A stretch of 64,000 nucleotides of DNA from an uncultured Planctomycetota bacterium (lineage in GTDB: Bacteria > Planctomycetota > Planctomycetia > Isosphaerales > Isosphaeraceae), in contig CAWGMQ010000010.1 in assembly GCA_963823665.1 (NCBI GenBank), forward strand, positions 2,144,001-2,208,000. Reading direction: 5' to 3'. Positions 29,948-38,800 of the stretch are shown here, in pieces. The translations under genes and the position numbers were made by a program. A model generated the notes under the pieces. The model saw only the letters and a program-made list of their open reading frames with translations. It searched no databases and was not told the origin of the DNA. Every line of letters begins with the position of its first letter. Position 1 is the first letter of the stretch.

Positions 29948-32656
29948 ATGTCAGGCACAATGCCCTATCGATTTCTCGACTCCTACCAGCTTGGAGATGA
30001 AGCCCTCTACTTCGGCCGCAAACGCGAAACCCGCATCCTGTTGGCCGACATCGTGGCCAACCGGCTCGTCGTTCTGTTCGCCCGGACCGGTACCGGCAAG
30101 ACCTCTCTTATCAACGCCGGCGTCCGCCCGCTCCTGCACGAGCGCGGCTATGCGACGCTGCCTGTCCGCGTCCGAAAAGATCCGGTCGAATCCATCCTTT
30201 GGACGCTTCGCACGAGGGACGAAGGCCCCATCGTCCCGACCGGAGAAACCCTCTCCGCGCAGCTCGAGAGTGTCGCCGACCAGCTCGACCGGCCTGTTGT
30301 GTTCTTTCTCGACCAGTTCGAGGAGTTCTTCGTCTACCACCTCGGGCAGCAGCCCGAACAGGCGGCGAGCTTCATCGAGGAAATGGCGACCATCTGTGAG
30401 CGCACCGAGTCACGCGTCCACATCGTCATGTCGATGCGCGAAGAGTTTTTCGGTGGGATGGACGCCTTTCGAGACGCCATTCCAACGATCTTCCACAACG
30501 AATCAAACCTTCGGCTCCGATGGTTCGACCTCGAGCAGGCGCGCGAGGCAATCGAAGGCCCACCACGCGTCTTCGACGGAACAACTGTCGCCGAAGATCT
30601 CGTCCAGCGTTTGCTCGCCGACCTGGCGGAAGACGGTGCAGTCGAACCCGCCAAGCTTCAGATCGTTTGCGATTCGCTCTGGCGGGAGGAAGTGCGGCGC
30701 CGGACATCCCGGCCGGCCGGTCCGCTGACGCTTGACCACTACGAAGTGCTCGGCCGCGACCGCGGCAGGAGCCGGATCTTCGAGCACATCATCAACCGAC
30801 GGCTGGAAGACCAGTTCGCGCGGATCGACTCGGAGCAGCAGTTAAAGCTCCTGGAGCGGCTACTCCCTCGCCTCCGAACCCGACGGGGCACGAAGTACAT
30901 CTGGGACCTCGCGCTCCTCGCGAAAGTTCTCGAAACCGATGAAGGTTCGCTGGGCGAGCTGCTCGAGCGCTTGAGCGAGTCGCGCCTGGTGGCGCTGAGC
31001 GCAAAGAGTGAAGGAGGTGCCCAGCTCTTCGTGGAGCTCACGCACGACTACCTGGTCAATCGCCTGCCCGATCTCCGCCGTCGCGTCCGCCTCATCTGGC
31101 CTCGCCGCGTTCTGGAGTCGGCAATCGGAGACGGGGTTGATCGCTCGCCGCCCATCGACGAGCTCGCGTTGGCAACCATTCTTCAGCACGGAAAGCGGCT
31201 GAGCCTGACGGCCCCGCAGGCCGAGCTGCTCTTTCGCTCGGCCCTGCTGTACGGCGGAGGCAGGAGCGCGTCGTGCTTCCGGCTAGCCCGGGCCAGCGGC
31301 GTTGACGTCTGGGGGATCCTCGCCCAGAGCCTCGCATCCCCCGACTCCCGTGAGGCCATTCCCGCCCTGAACTTCCTGGCCCGAGTGCAAACGAAGAGAG
31401 CCTTCCGGATGCTTCAGCAGGCCTTGGGCCGCGATGAGCTGGCGAGGCACCTCAAGGAGACCTTCCTCCCGAAGCGATCGCTGGCGGTGGTCAACTTCCT
31501 CGAGGCACTGCTCGATCACCCGGGTCTCTCGTCCCGGGCCCGCTCTTGGCTGGAGCAATTCGCGAATGCCCCATCGAAGCTCGAGCCCGAGGTATCGGCT
31601 CGGGCCGCGACAGCCCTCTCCAGCCATGCTCCGCCCGGCGGTTCGCGTTCCACGTTCGAGCAGTCAACCGACGCGAGTGCACATCCGACCGCGCAGGCAG
31701 AGGACACAGCCGCCACGCGCACCGACCTCGGCTCCCGTCTGACCGGCATTTCCACGGCCATGACCAGAGGTCGTCTGGTCCTGATCTTAGGCGCCGGTAT
31801 CCACGCTGCGGGGAGGCCTGTCTCGGATACGTGGCACCCTGACAGCTCCAGGTTTTTCCCGCTCGAGTGCGAACTATCGGCCTATCTAGCCGCGAAGTTT
31901 GGTGCTCCCGACGAAATTCGCCACAATCTCGCGAGCGTCGCCCAGTACGTGGCCACAAATGCTGGAACGGGCCCGCTCTACGAAGAGTTGCAAGAGATAG
32001 TCGACCGCGACTATCAACCCACGATCGCTCATCGCTTCGTCTGCCAGCTCTCGGAGACAATCACCCGAAGAGTTTCCGATGATTCGAAACGGCTGGTTAT
32101 CGTGACCACCAACTTTGATGATCTCTTGGAGCGGACATTCGAGGCGCAGGCGCTCCCGTACCATCGAGTGTCCTACATCGTGGAAGGACGTGATTCTGGC
32201 CGATTTCTCCATCGTCCTTCCGGCGGCACTCCCACAGTCGTCCAAGAGCCGAATAGTTATCCCGGGCTGCTTCGCGACGCTTACCCGGTGGTCATTAAGC
32301 CCTTCGGCACGATCGATCGCGAAAGTACGAGAGGCGACGGATTCGTGATCACAGAAGACCAGCACTTCCGGCTCCTGACGGGGTCACCCCATTCGACATT
32401 GCTGCCGGTGCCGCTGCGACAAGAACTTCTTCGCAGCGGGACTCTCGCCTTGGGCCTCGCCCTGCGTGAATGGACCAGCCGAGCAAACTACTATCAAATT
32501 TGGGGCGATAAGAAACGGACCTTCCGATCCTGGGCCGTCCTGCACCGGCCGCGGGAGTTTGATAGGAGATATTGGCAAAACTACAACGTCGAGATCATCG
32601 ATGCCGATCTGCGCGACTGCATCGCCGAGTTGCAGGCCCAAATGGTGTCTAGCTAG
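29948..32656 (+). CDS. nSTAND1-type P-loop NTPase + helical repeats + C-terminal degenerate SIR2 domain
   Basis: PYRFLDSY...YFGR, Walker A ARTGTGKTS, Walker B FFLDQFEE, SMREEF, LQIVCDSLW and ELTHDYL. From about 31740: LVLILGAG, IVTTNFDDLLE, VIKPFG, VITEDQH and LALGLALREW. Confidence 0.88.
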   Translation: MSGTMPYRFLDSYQLGDEALYFGRKRETRILLADIVANRLVVLFARTGTGKTSLINAGVRPLLHERGYATLPVRVRKDPVESILWTLRTRDEGPIVPTGETLSAQLESVADQLDRPVVFFLDQFEEFFVYHLGQQPEQAASFIEEMATICERTESRVHIVMSMREEFFGGMDAFRDAIPTIFHNESNLRLRWFDLEQAREAIEGPPRVFDGTTVAEDLVQRLLADLAEDGAVEPAKLQIVCDSLWREEVRRRTSRPAGPLTLDHYEVLGRDRGRSRIFEHIINRRLEDQFARIDSEQQLKLLERLLPRLRTRRGTKYIWDLALLAKVLETDEGSLGELLERLSESRLVALSAKSEGGAQLFVELTHDYLVNRLPDLRRRVRLIWPRRVLESAIGDGVDRSPPIDELALATILQHGKRLSLTAPQAELLFRSALLYGGGRSASCFRLARASGVDVWGILAQSLASPDSREAIPALNFLARVQTKRAFRMLQQALGRDELARHLKETFLPKRSLAVVNFLEALLDHPGLSSRARSWLEQFANAPSKLEPEVSARAATALSSHAPPGGSRSTFEQSTDASAHPTAQAEDTAATRTDLGSRLTGISTAMTRGRLVLILGAGIHAAGRPVSDTWHPDSSRFFPLECELSAYLAAKFGAPDEIRHNLASVAQYVATNAGTGPLYEELQEIVDRDYQPTIAHRFVCQLSETITRRVSDDSKRLVIVTTNFDDLLERTFEAQALPYHRVSYIVEGRDSGRFLHRPSGGTPTVVQEPNSYPGLLRDAYPVVIKPFGTIDRESTRGDGFVITEDQHFRLLTGSPHSTLLPVPLRQELLRSGTLALGLALREWTSRANYYQIWGDKKRTFRSWAVLHRPREFDRRYWQNYNVEIIDADLRDCIAELQAQMVSS

Positions 32657-32683
32657 CCCTTCGGAAAGCGAGATTGATGGAAT

Positions 32684-33538
32684 ATGGCGCTCAGGACCTT
32701 CGCAGGAGCCGTCGCCATCGTCACCGGCGGCGCTTCGGGGATCGGCCGTGCGCTCGGAGAAGCGTTGGCACGGCACGGGGCAACGGTTCTCCTGGCCGAC
32801 CGGCAAGTCGATCTGGCCCGGCAAGTCGCCGCCGGGATCAGGGAGGGCGGCGGTCAAGCAACCGCCGAGGAACTCGATGTCACCGACTTCCCGGCAATGA
32901 ACCGGCTGGTCCAGAACACGTTCCAGGAGACCGGACGCCTCGACTATTTCTTCAATATCGCGGGGATCGGCATCGTGGGCGAGGCCCGCCACTACGAACT
33001 CGAAGACTGGTATCGCGTCCTGGACGTCAACCTCCGCGGCGTCGTGCATGGCGTGCACGCCGCGTATCCGATCATGCTCCGCCAAGGGTTCGGGCATATC
33101 GTGAATATGGCCTCAGTCGCGGGCTTGTGGCCATCGCCGTTCGTCGTGAGCTATTGCGCCACGAAGCACGCGGTCGTTGGACTATCGACGTCCTTGCGCA
33201 TCGAGGCGGCGCCGGCCGGGGTTCGCGTCAGCGTCCTCTGTCCGGGGCCCGTTCGAACGCCGGCGCTCGCCGGCGAATCAAGGTTTGGCAAAGTGCTCCC
33301 ATCGATCCCTGCGGAGGTTCTCCAGAAGTTGGTCGAAAGCCAACATCCCATGCAGCCCGACCGTTTTGCCGCCCAGGCGCTGCGAGCCATAGCCAAGAAC
33401 CGGGCGATCATCGTCATCCCGTCCTGGTGGAAGATCGTATGGTGGCTCAACCGTTTGTCACCGAGTCTAGGGCTCTATCTGGGGCGGAAGTCGCTGGAGA
33501 TCGTGAACCGGGCGGTGGAACGGCTGCCTTCCGGTTGA
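32684..33538 (+). CDS. Short-chain dehydrogenase/reductase
   Basis: TGGASGIG, NIAGIG, NMASVAG and catalytic YCATK. Confidence 0.94.
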   Translation: MALRTFAGAVAIVTGGASGIGRALGEALARHGATVLLADRQVDLARQVAAGIREGGGQATAEELDVTDFPAMNRLVQNTFQETGRLDYFFNIAGIGIVGEARHYELEDWYRVLDVNLRGVVHGVHAAYPIMLRQGFGHIVNMASVAGLWPSPFVVSYCATKHAVVGLSTSLRIEAAPAGVRVSVLCPGPVRTPALAGESRFGKVLPSIPAEVLQKLVESQHPMQPDRFAAQALRAIAKNRAIIVIPSWWKIVWWLNRLSPSLGLYLGRKSLEIVNRAVERLPSG

Positions 33539-33644
33539 AAACAAGAGATGGAAGATGCATTGGCTGCCGATCGTTTGGAGCACGCGTGCGAGAACCAGCC
33601 CCACATCTCTCTCCAATCCAGATTCCGCTGCGGAGGCACACAAG

Positions 33645-34306
33645 ATGGTACGGTCAGCCAACCTCGACTTCTTCGCCGCCGAGACCGACCAGCGAGCGCT
33701 GCTCGACTTCCTGTTCGGTTCAACCGATGTCCGAGTGTTCGAGTCGTACTCAGAATTCGACACCGAGCTGCGCGAATTCCGCTCGACAGACGATCTGGCG
33801 TCGGCCTTCCCCCAGGCTCGGACCCGCACGGCAACGGCGCCGCGATCCTGTTGCTACTCTGGTCGCCGTCGGTCTTGCGCAAACCTGATATCGTTCGGAT
33901 CGACCTGATCCCGGAGAAATGCGGCGGCGCCACGTTCCGCTATTCCATCGAAGGCCATGGGCTGATGCAGCTCTACCTCGGAGGCGTCTGCGGACAGGTC
34001 ATTACCAAGTCGAACTTCGCCCACTCAAGCAGCCTCTGGGCGGAGAGGGAGGGGCTAGAAGGAATCGACTGGGAGGCATACAAGAAGATCTCCAACCGCA
34101 TCCAGTACCATATCCGTAAGCGGCTCGCGGTGGGCAAGGTCCCCAGTATTCCAGTGCTGCCAGAGGCAATCAGGTTGGCGAAGGCCGGTTACGCGCTCAA
34201 ACAGATGGTCAACAGTCCGTTCCAATACGAGCTGCAATCCGAAGGGGAGACGGCCTGGCCCCGCCCCGCGGCAGACCCGGCGCGGCGCGTTTGCGGTGGA
34301 GAGTAA
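33645..34306 (+). CDS. Conserved hypothetical protein; frameshift near 33810
   Basis: RBS GGAGG before ATG 33645. NLDFFAA...VFESYS...LREF joins to RIDLIPEKCGGATFRYSIEGHGLMQLYLGG. Confidence 0.65.
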
Positions 34307-34435
34307 ATCACGGGAGCTGATAGTCGTGCACTTCCTGAAGACGGCTTCTTGGTTGGTCGTCATACGACCGAAGAGGACGTTGCGGCCGGTCGTGCCATCT
34401 TCGTTTCAGCGCGAGCGATTCGGACAGACAGACGC

Positions 34436-35110
34436 TCAGTTCTTGCGGGCGGCGAGTTTCCTCACGAACGCCGCATGCTCGGCCGACCGCAGGCCGCGTC
34501 CCAGAGTCTGCAAGAGGCGGGCCACATCGTACTTCCAGAGCGCCGGCCCATCGAGCCACAGGCCAGGAAAGACTCGGGACCGAAAACCGCCCTTGGACGT
34601 CGGCTGGCACAATTCGTATACGCCCTTGACCAGGCGATGCCAGCGGATCTCCTCTTCCGCCATGAGAATCGCCACGTATTCACGCACTCCCGCCCTCTGA
34701 TAGAGCGCCTTCTTCACACCCAGATCATAAGAAGCGCTCGTAAAACAAATCTCCGCAGCGAGCTCCGGCGCCCCTACGTGATATTTCCCTTGAATCGCCG
34801 ATTGTCCGCCATATTCAGGACGGATCCAAAGATAAGAATCAGGCTGCGGCGCACTCTGAAGCATGAGCCACGTTGACTGGGTGCCCGCATCGCAACTCGG
34901 CGTACTTGCGATGTACGTTCCAAGCCACACGTCGATTCGAATCTCGGCGCGCCCGTGGGCGCTGGTTTGCGGTGAGGGCAAGTAAACCACCCCGTCGATC
35001 AGCTCCGCGAACTTGAGTTCCGGCATCGCCTCCCACCGGAGAAGGAATTCCTGCACCGTCATTCGTTGTCCCGCGCGAAGTGGTGTGATTGCGCGTTCGG
35101 CGATTGACAT
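34436..35110 (-). CDS. Uma2 (DUF820) family endonuclease-like protein
   Basis: AELIDGVVYLPSP, PQPD, GAPELAAEI, YDLGVKKALYQRAGVREY and SRVFPGLWLD. Confidence 0.92.
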   Translation of the reverse strand: MSIAERAITPLRAGQRMTVQEFLLRWEAMPELKFAELIDGVVYLPSPQTSAHGRAEIRIDVWLGTYIASTPSCDAGTQSTWLMLQSAPQPDSYLWIRPEYGGQSAIQGKYHVGAPELAAEICFTSASYDLGVKKALYQRAGVREYVAILMAEEEIRWHRLVKGVYELCQPTSKGGFRSRVFPGLWLDGPALWKYDVARLLQTLGRGLRSAEHAAFVRKLAARKN

Positions 35111-35280
35111 GACCAGAGCCTCCAATGACGACGCTAACCCATTCTACTTGGTCGCGGGTATCATCTCACGATTAAGGGCCAGGGCGCAGGAAAGTCCCTG
35201 GACATGCAACTGCGCCGCAGTCGAGTGGAGGCCATTGCTGCCGCCAGTTGCCCAGGGCGAGGGGCAAGGCAACCGTGTGG

Positions 35281-35850
35281 ATGCGTTTCGCGGAAGGAGG
35301 TGGCCGGTTGCCGACGATCTACGAGCGCGTTCTGCAGGAGCGATTCGGATCGCTTGATCCGTCGCTACGCCGCTTTCTTGGTGAAGTGCGCGGCGGCCGG
35401 GCGGTCGGACTTCTGCGGGTAACTCGCGGCGACGGTCCGCTTCGGAACGCCATCGCTGCGGGAATGGGTATCCCACCTGCCGGGGAATACGATACCGCGC
35501 TCGAAGTGACACCGCTCAAAGAAGGGCAGCGGTGGAGACGCCTTTTCGGGATTCATGCGCTCGAGACCAGCCAGAGAGAGTATCGCGGGCTGCTGCTTGA
35601 GTCATCCGGGCCGGCGAGCATCGGCTTTGAGCTGGTTGTGGAAGAGGGCTCGCTGCTCTTCTTGCCGCGCCGCGCCTGGGTGTTCGGGATCCGATTGCCC
35701 CTCTGGTTGGCGCCACGCATCGAGGCGGAGAACTTGCCAGGCGAGTCTGGCGGCTGGCGCGTTCGGGTTCGATTCGGCGTGCCGTTGCTCGGGCGCATCG
35801 CGGAATACGAAGGCGATGTGATCGCGGAAGATACCTCGCTTCGCCGCTGA
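35281..35850 (+). CDS. DUF4166 domain protein (start uncertain)
   Basis: IYERVLQERFGSLDPSLRRF, QRWRRLFG, RLPLWLAP and PLLGRIAEYEG. Confidence 0.8.
   Translation: MRFAEGGGRLPTIYERVLQERFGSLDPSLRRFLGEVRGGRAVGLLRVTRGDGPLRNAIAAGMGIPPAGEYDTALEVTPLKEGQRWRRLFGIHALETSQREYRGLLLESSGPASIGFELVVEEGSLLFLPRRAWVFGIRLPLWLAPRIEAENLPGESGGWRVRVRFGVPLLGRIAEYEGDVIAEDTSLRR
35798..35828 (+). repeat. 31-bp direct repeat, copy 1 (3' end of the DUF4166 gene)
   Basis: TCGCGGAATACGAAGGCGATGTGATCGCGGA, identical to 44007-44037. Confidence 0.92.
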
Positions 35851-35887
35851 GCAAGCCACGGACCAACTGGGGACAAATCGCACCAGG

Positions 35888-38800
35888 TCATCGAATCACA
35901 TGGACCGGTTTACGAGTCGCAAGGTTCTGTGCTTGGACGTCGCCGTGGATCACGTGAGAGCCGTGAGCGTCCTGCTTCAGCCCCGGCTTGACGACGACCT
36001 TGACGTGAAGAACGGAATGCCCCCGCCCGGCGATCGATCGTTGGACTTTGAATGCCGAATCCCGGCTGCTGACCGGCGGTATATGTTTGGGCAAGACCAC
36101 GTTCTTCCAGTTCAAGATCGTGTGGTAATTGCTTCCCGGTACTCCCGTGTTCTTGCCGTCGAGCAGGAGACCCTGCGAATCCGACACCCCGTTGGGACCA
36201 GCTCCGATAACCGTTAGCTTGTAATTGTGGTGGAGGTTCACCCGCCGGGCTGGGTGCAGAGTCACAGTCTGCGTCGTCGGGTCGTACACCGCCGACCGGA
36301 TCCGGTCGCGATGGCCACCTGGGCCGATGATGACATAATTGCTCACGTTCTGGGTCGTGGACGGATCGAGCGGCTGATCGAAACGGAGCACCAGCGTGGT
36401 TGGTTCCCAGTGAATCCCGTAACGCAAAACCTGAATAACCTGCGGCCCATCAGTGGCGGGAGGAGTGACGACTCCGGAGGTGACAGTTGCCGTGGCGGTG
36501 GCGACGATCGATCCGTTACTCAGCGATTTCACCTCCACGGTGACCGTGCCTTGCCCGATCGCGGCAAGATTCGTCTGGAGCAAGATCGTGCCGGTGGAAA
36601 GGCCAGGGATGCGGAAAAGAGGAACGGACTGTGTGGGAAGTCCGTCCAGACCGACCAGGTTCGCGGTGATCGGGCCGCTCGTGCTCACGATGAAGGCTGT
36701 GTAGAGGTCTTCGGTATTGCCGGTGTTGTTGACGACAAGAGTGAAAGTCGCGTTTCCGGGTGTGCCGAGATTCTCGGAGGACGGTGTCAGCGCCGCCGAA
36801 ACGCTCTGGGTCGAGGGAACGCTGAGACTCGCGGTGGCTTCGCCGTTGACGGCGCGATTGCCTTGCGAGACGGCCATCGCGGTCAGGTCGAGGTTTCCCG
36901 CCACCGCGAAGCTCGCCGATCCGGTGGTGATCGGTATGATCCGGGACGCGCCGGGGGCGAGAGCAATCTGGTTCGTGGCGAGGCTCGCGACCAACGCGCC
37001 GGGACCGATGAGCGACAGGTTGTAGGTATCCGACACGCTTCCGGTGTTGGTGACCGTCAACTGGAATCCGCTCCCTGTCGCCCCGGACGGCGGGTTCAGC
37101 GACACGACGACTCCTTGCGACGTCACCTGGAGCGTCCCCGTCGCCGAATCGCTCGCGGTGGAGTTGGTCGTCGAGGCCACGCTGATCGTGAACGGATAAT
37201 CCGCCGCCCCGGTTCCTTGGCCCGGCGTGAGGGCAGGCGTCACGTCACGGAAGTTGCTCGCTCCAGGCGGGACTTCCACAGTGGTTTGTCCGAGAGACGC
37301 AGCGATCGACGCGGGCAATCCGCTCGTCGCGACCGTGAATTCGTCTTCCGCGCTTCCCGTGTTGGTAACCTGGATGACATAGTAGGCGGCTGTGCCCGGT
37401 CCCGCGATGCGCCTGTGAGGGAACAACCGTTACCACCACGCCATGCGATTGCGTGTCGGGAGCCACGGGCTGTCCCTGAAGAATGAGATCGCCCAGCACC
37501 GAGGCCGAGGCGCCATTGTCGCCACTTGCCAGCACGGTGAACCCTTCGTCATCCGGAACCGCGGCGGAGTTTGATGTGAGAGTCAGTGGCACGTTCGCCG
37601 ATCCGTTCGCCGGGATCGTGATCGAAGAGGCCATGTCTACCCACTCGGTCGGAATACCCTGCACCGAGAGGGTATACGTCACGGGACTGGCTGAGGGATT
37701 GGTGAGGTTGACGGTATAAGCCGCCGGCGCTCCAGGCGCAACAGTCTGCGTCGTCGGGCTCAGGCCGATGATCTGGTCACCCACGACGTACTGGTCGGGA
37801 AGGTTCAACGTGGCGGATGTGCCCTGGCTGGTAAAAGCCACCGATGCGGCCTGCGCAACGGGGACCGACTGGCCAGGCTGCAAGCCGGTGACAGTCTCGC
37901 CGAACTGGATCGCCTGGCTCACGCTCGCTCCGGAAAGTGTCAGGTCCCAGGTGAGCGTCTCGGACGTGGTGCCCGTCGTGATGTTTGTCGGGGCGATGCT
38001 AAAGCTATTCGGGTCGACTGCCACACCGTTGTTCGTGGGGACCGTGATCGTGGCAGTCACTGGAACGGCTTGCGATGTTCCGATGTTGTAGATCGTAAGA
38101 TTCGAGCCATCTGTCACCAACAACTGGTTCGCGGCGACGGCAAAATCATCCAGGTAATCGGGGACCGTGTTCGGGACCGCGATCGGAGTCACCACGACAT
38201 TGTTCGAGTCACTCGCGTCGAACAGCAGCAATTGGGGCGAGCCGTTGGCACCCGCCGTACTCGTCGTGACGTACAGGCCATTTCCCAGACTGGAAACGTA
38301 GCCCATGCCGACCGAGGGAATGTTCAAAGTCTGCGTCGAAACGATTGTGGGGCTTTGCGGGTTGGTCAGGTCAAGCGTGGCCACGACGACGTCGCCTCCG
38401 AGCCCCGAATAGGCAGTCTGGAAAGTCTCCGACGAGCCGATCACGAATGCCTGGTTTCCCTGGACCGAGATGCCGGTTACCACTCCCATGCCGGGGATCG
38501 CCAGCTTCTCCAGGACCGTGGGACTTGCGGGATTGCTCGTGTCGACCACCATCACGAGTCCCTGGACGTCCGACCCGACATCGGTGCCGCTGGCTGTCGT
38601 GGTTCCGACCAGCAAAACGTTGTTGCCCGCGGGCGCGAGTTGCCAGAAGTTGGAGGTTCCCTCGTTGGAGAAGTAATCCGAGGGGTTGGGTGGATTGTTG
38701 TAGATCACTCCATCCACCGTGGGTGACGCGGGGTTGGTGATATCGATGTCAAAGCTTTCCCCGTACTGTTCAAAAATCTCGCCGCTCGAAGTGAAGAACC

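Noticed and set aside
28808..32656. Assignment to Thoeris, DSR2, SIR2-HerA or canonical Avs
   Set aside because: No TIR, SLOG/Macro or HerA partner is present, and the STAND protein lacks an N-terminal effector and a TPR/WD40 sensor array.
32684..33538. SDR as a third component of the SIR2/STAND system
   Set aside because: It is only 27 nt downstream and uses NAD(P), but it is an ordinary classical SDR. Nothing in the sequence links it functionally without synteny data.
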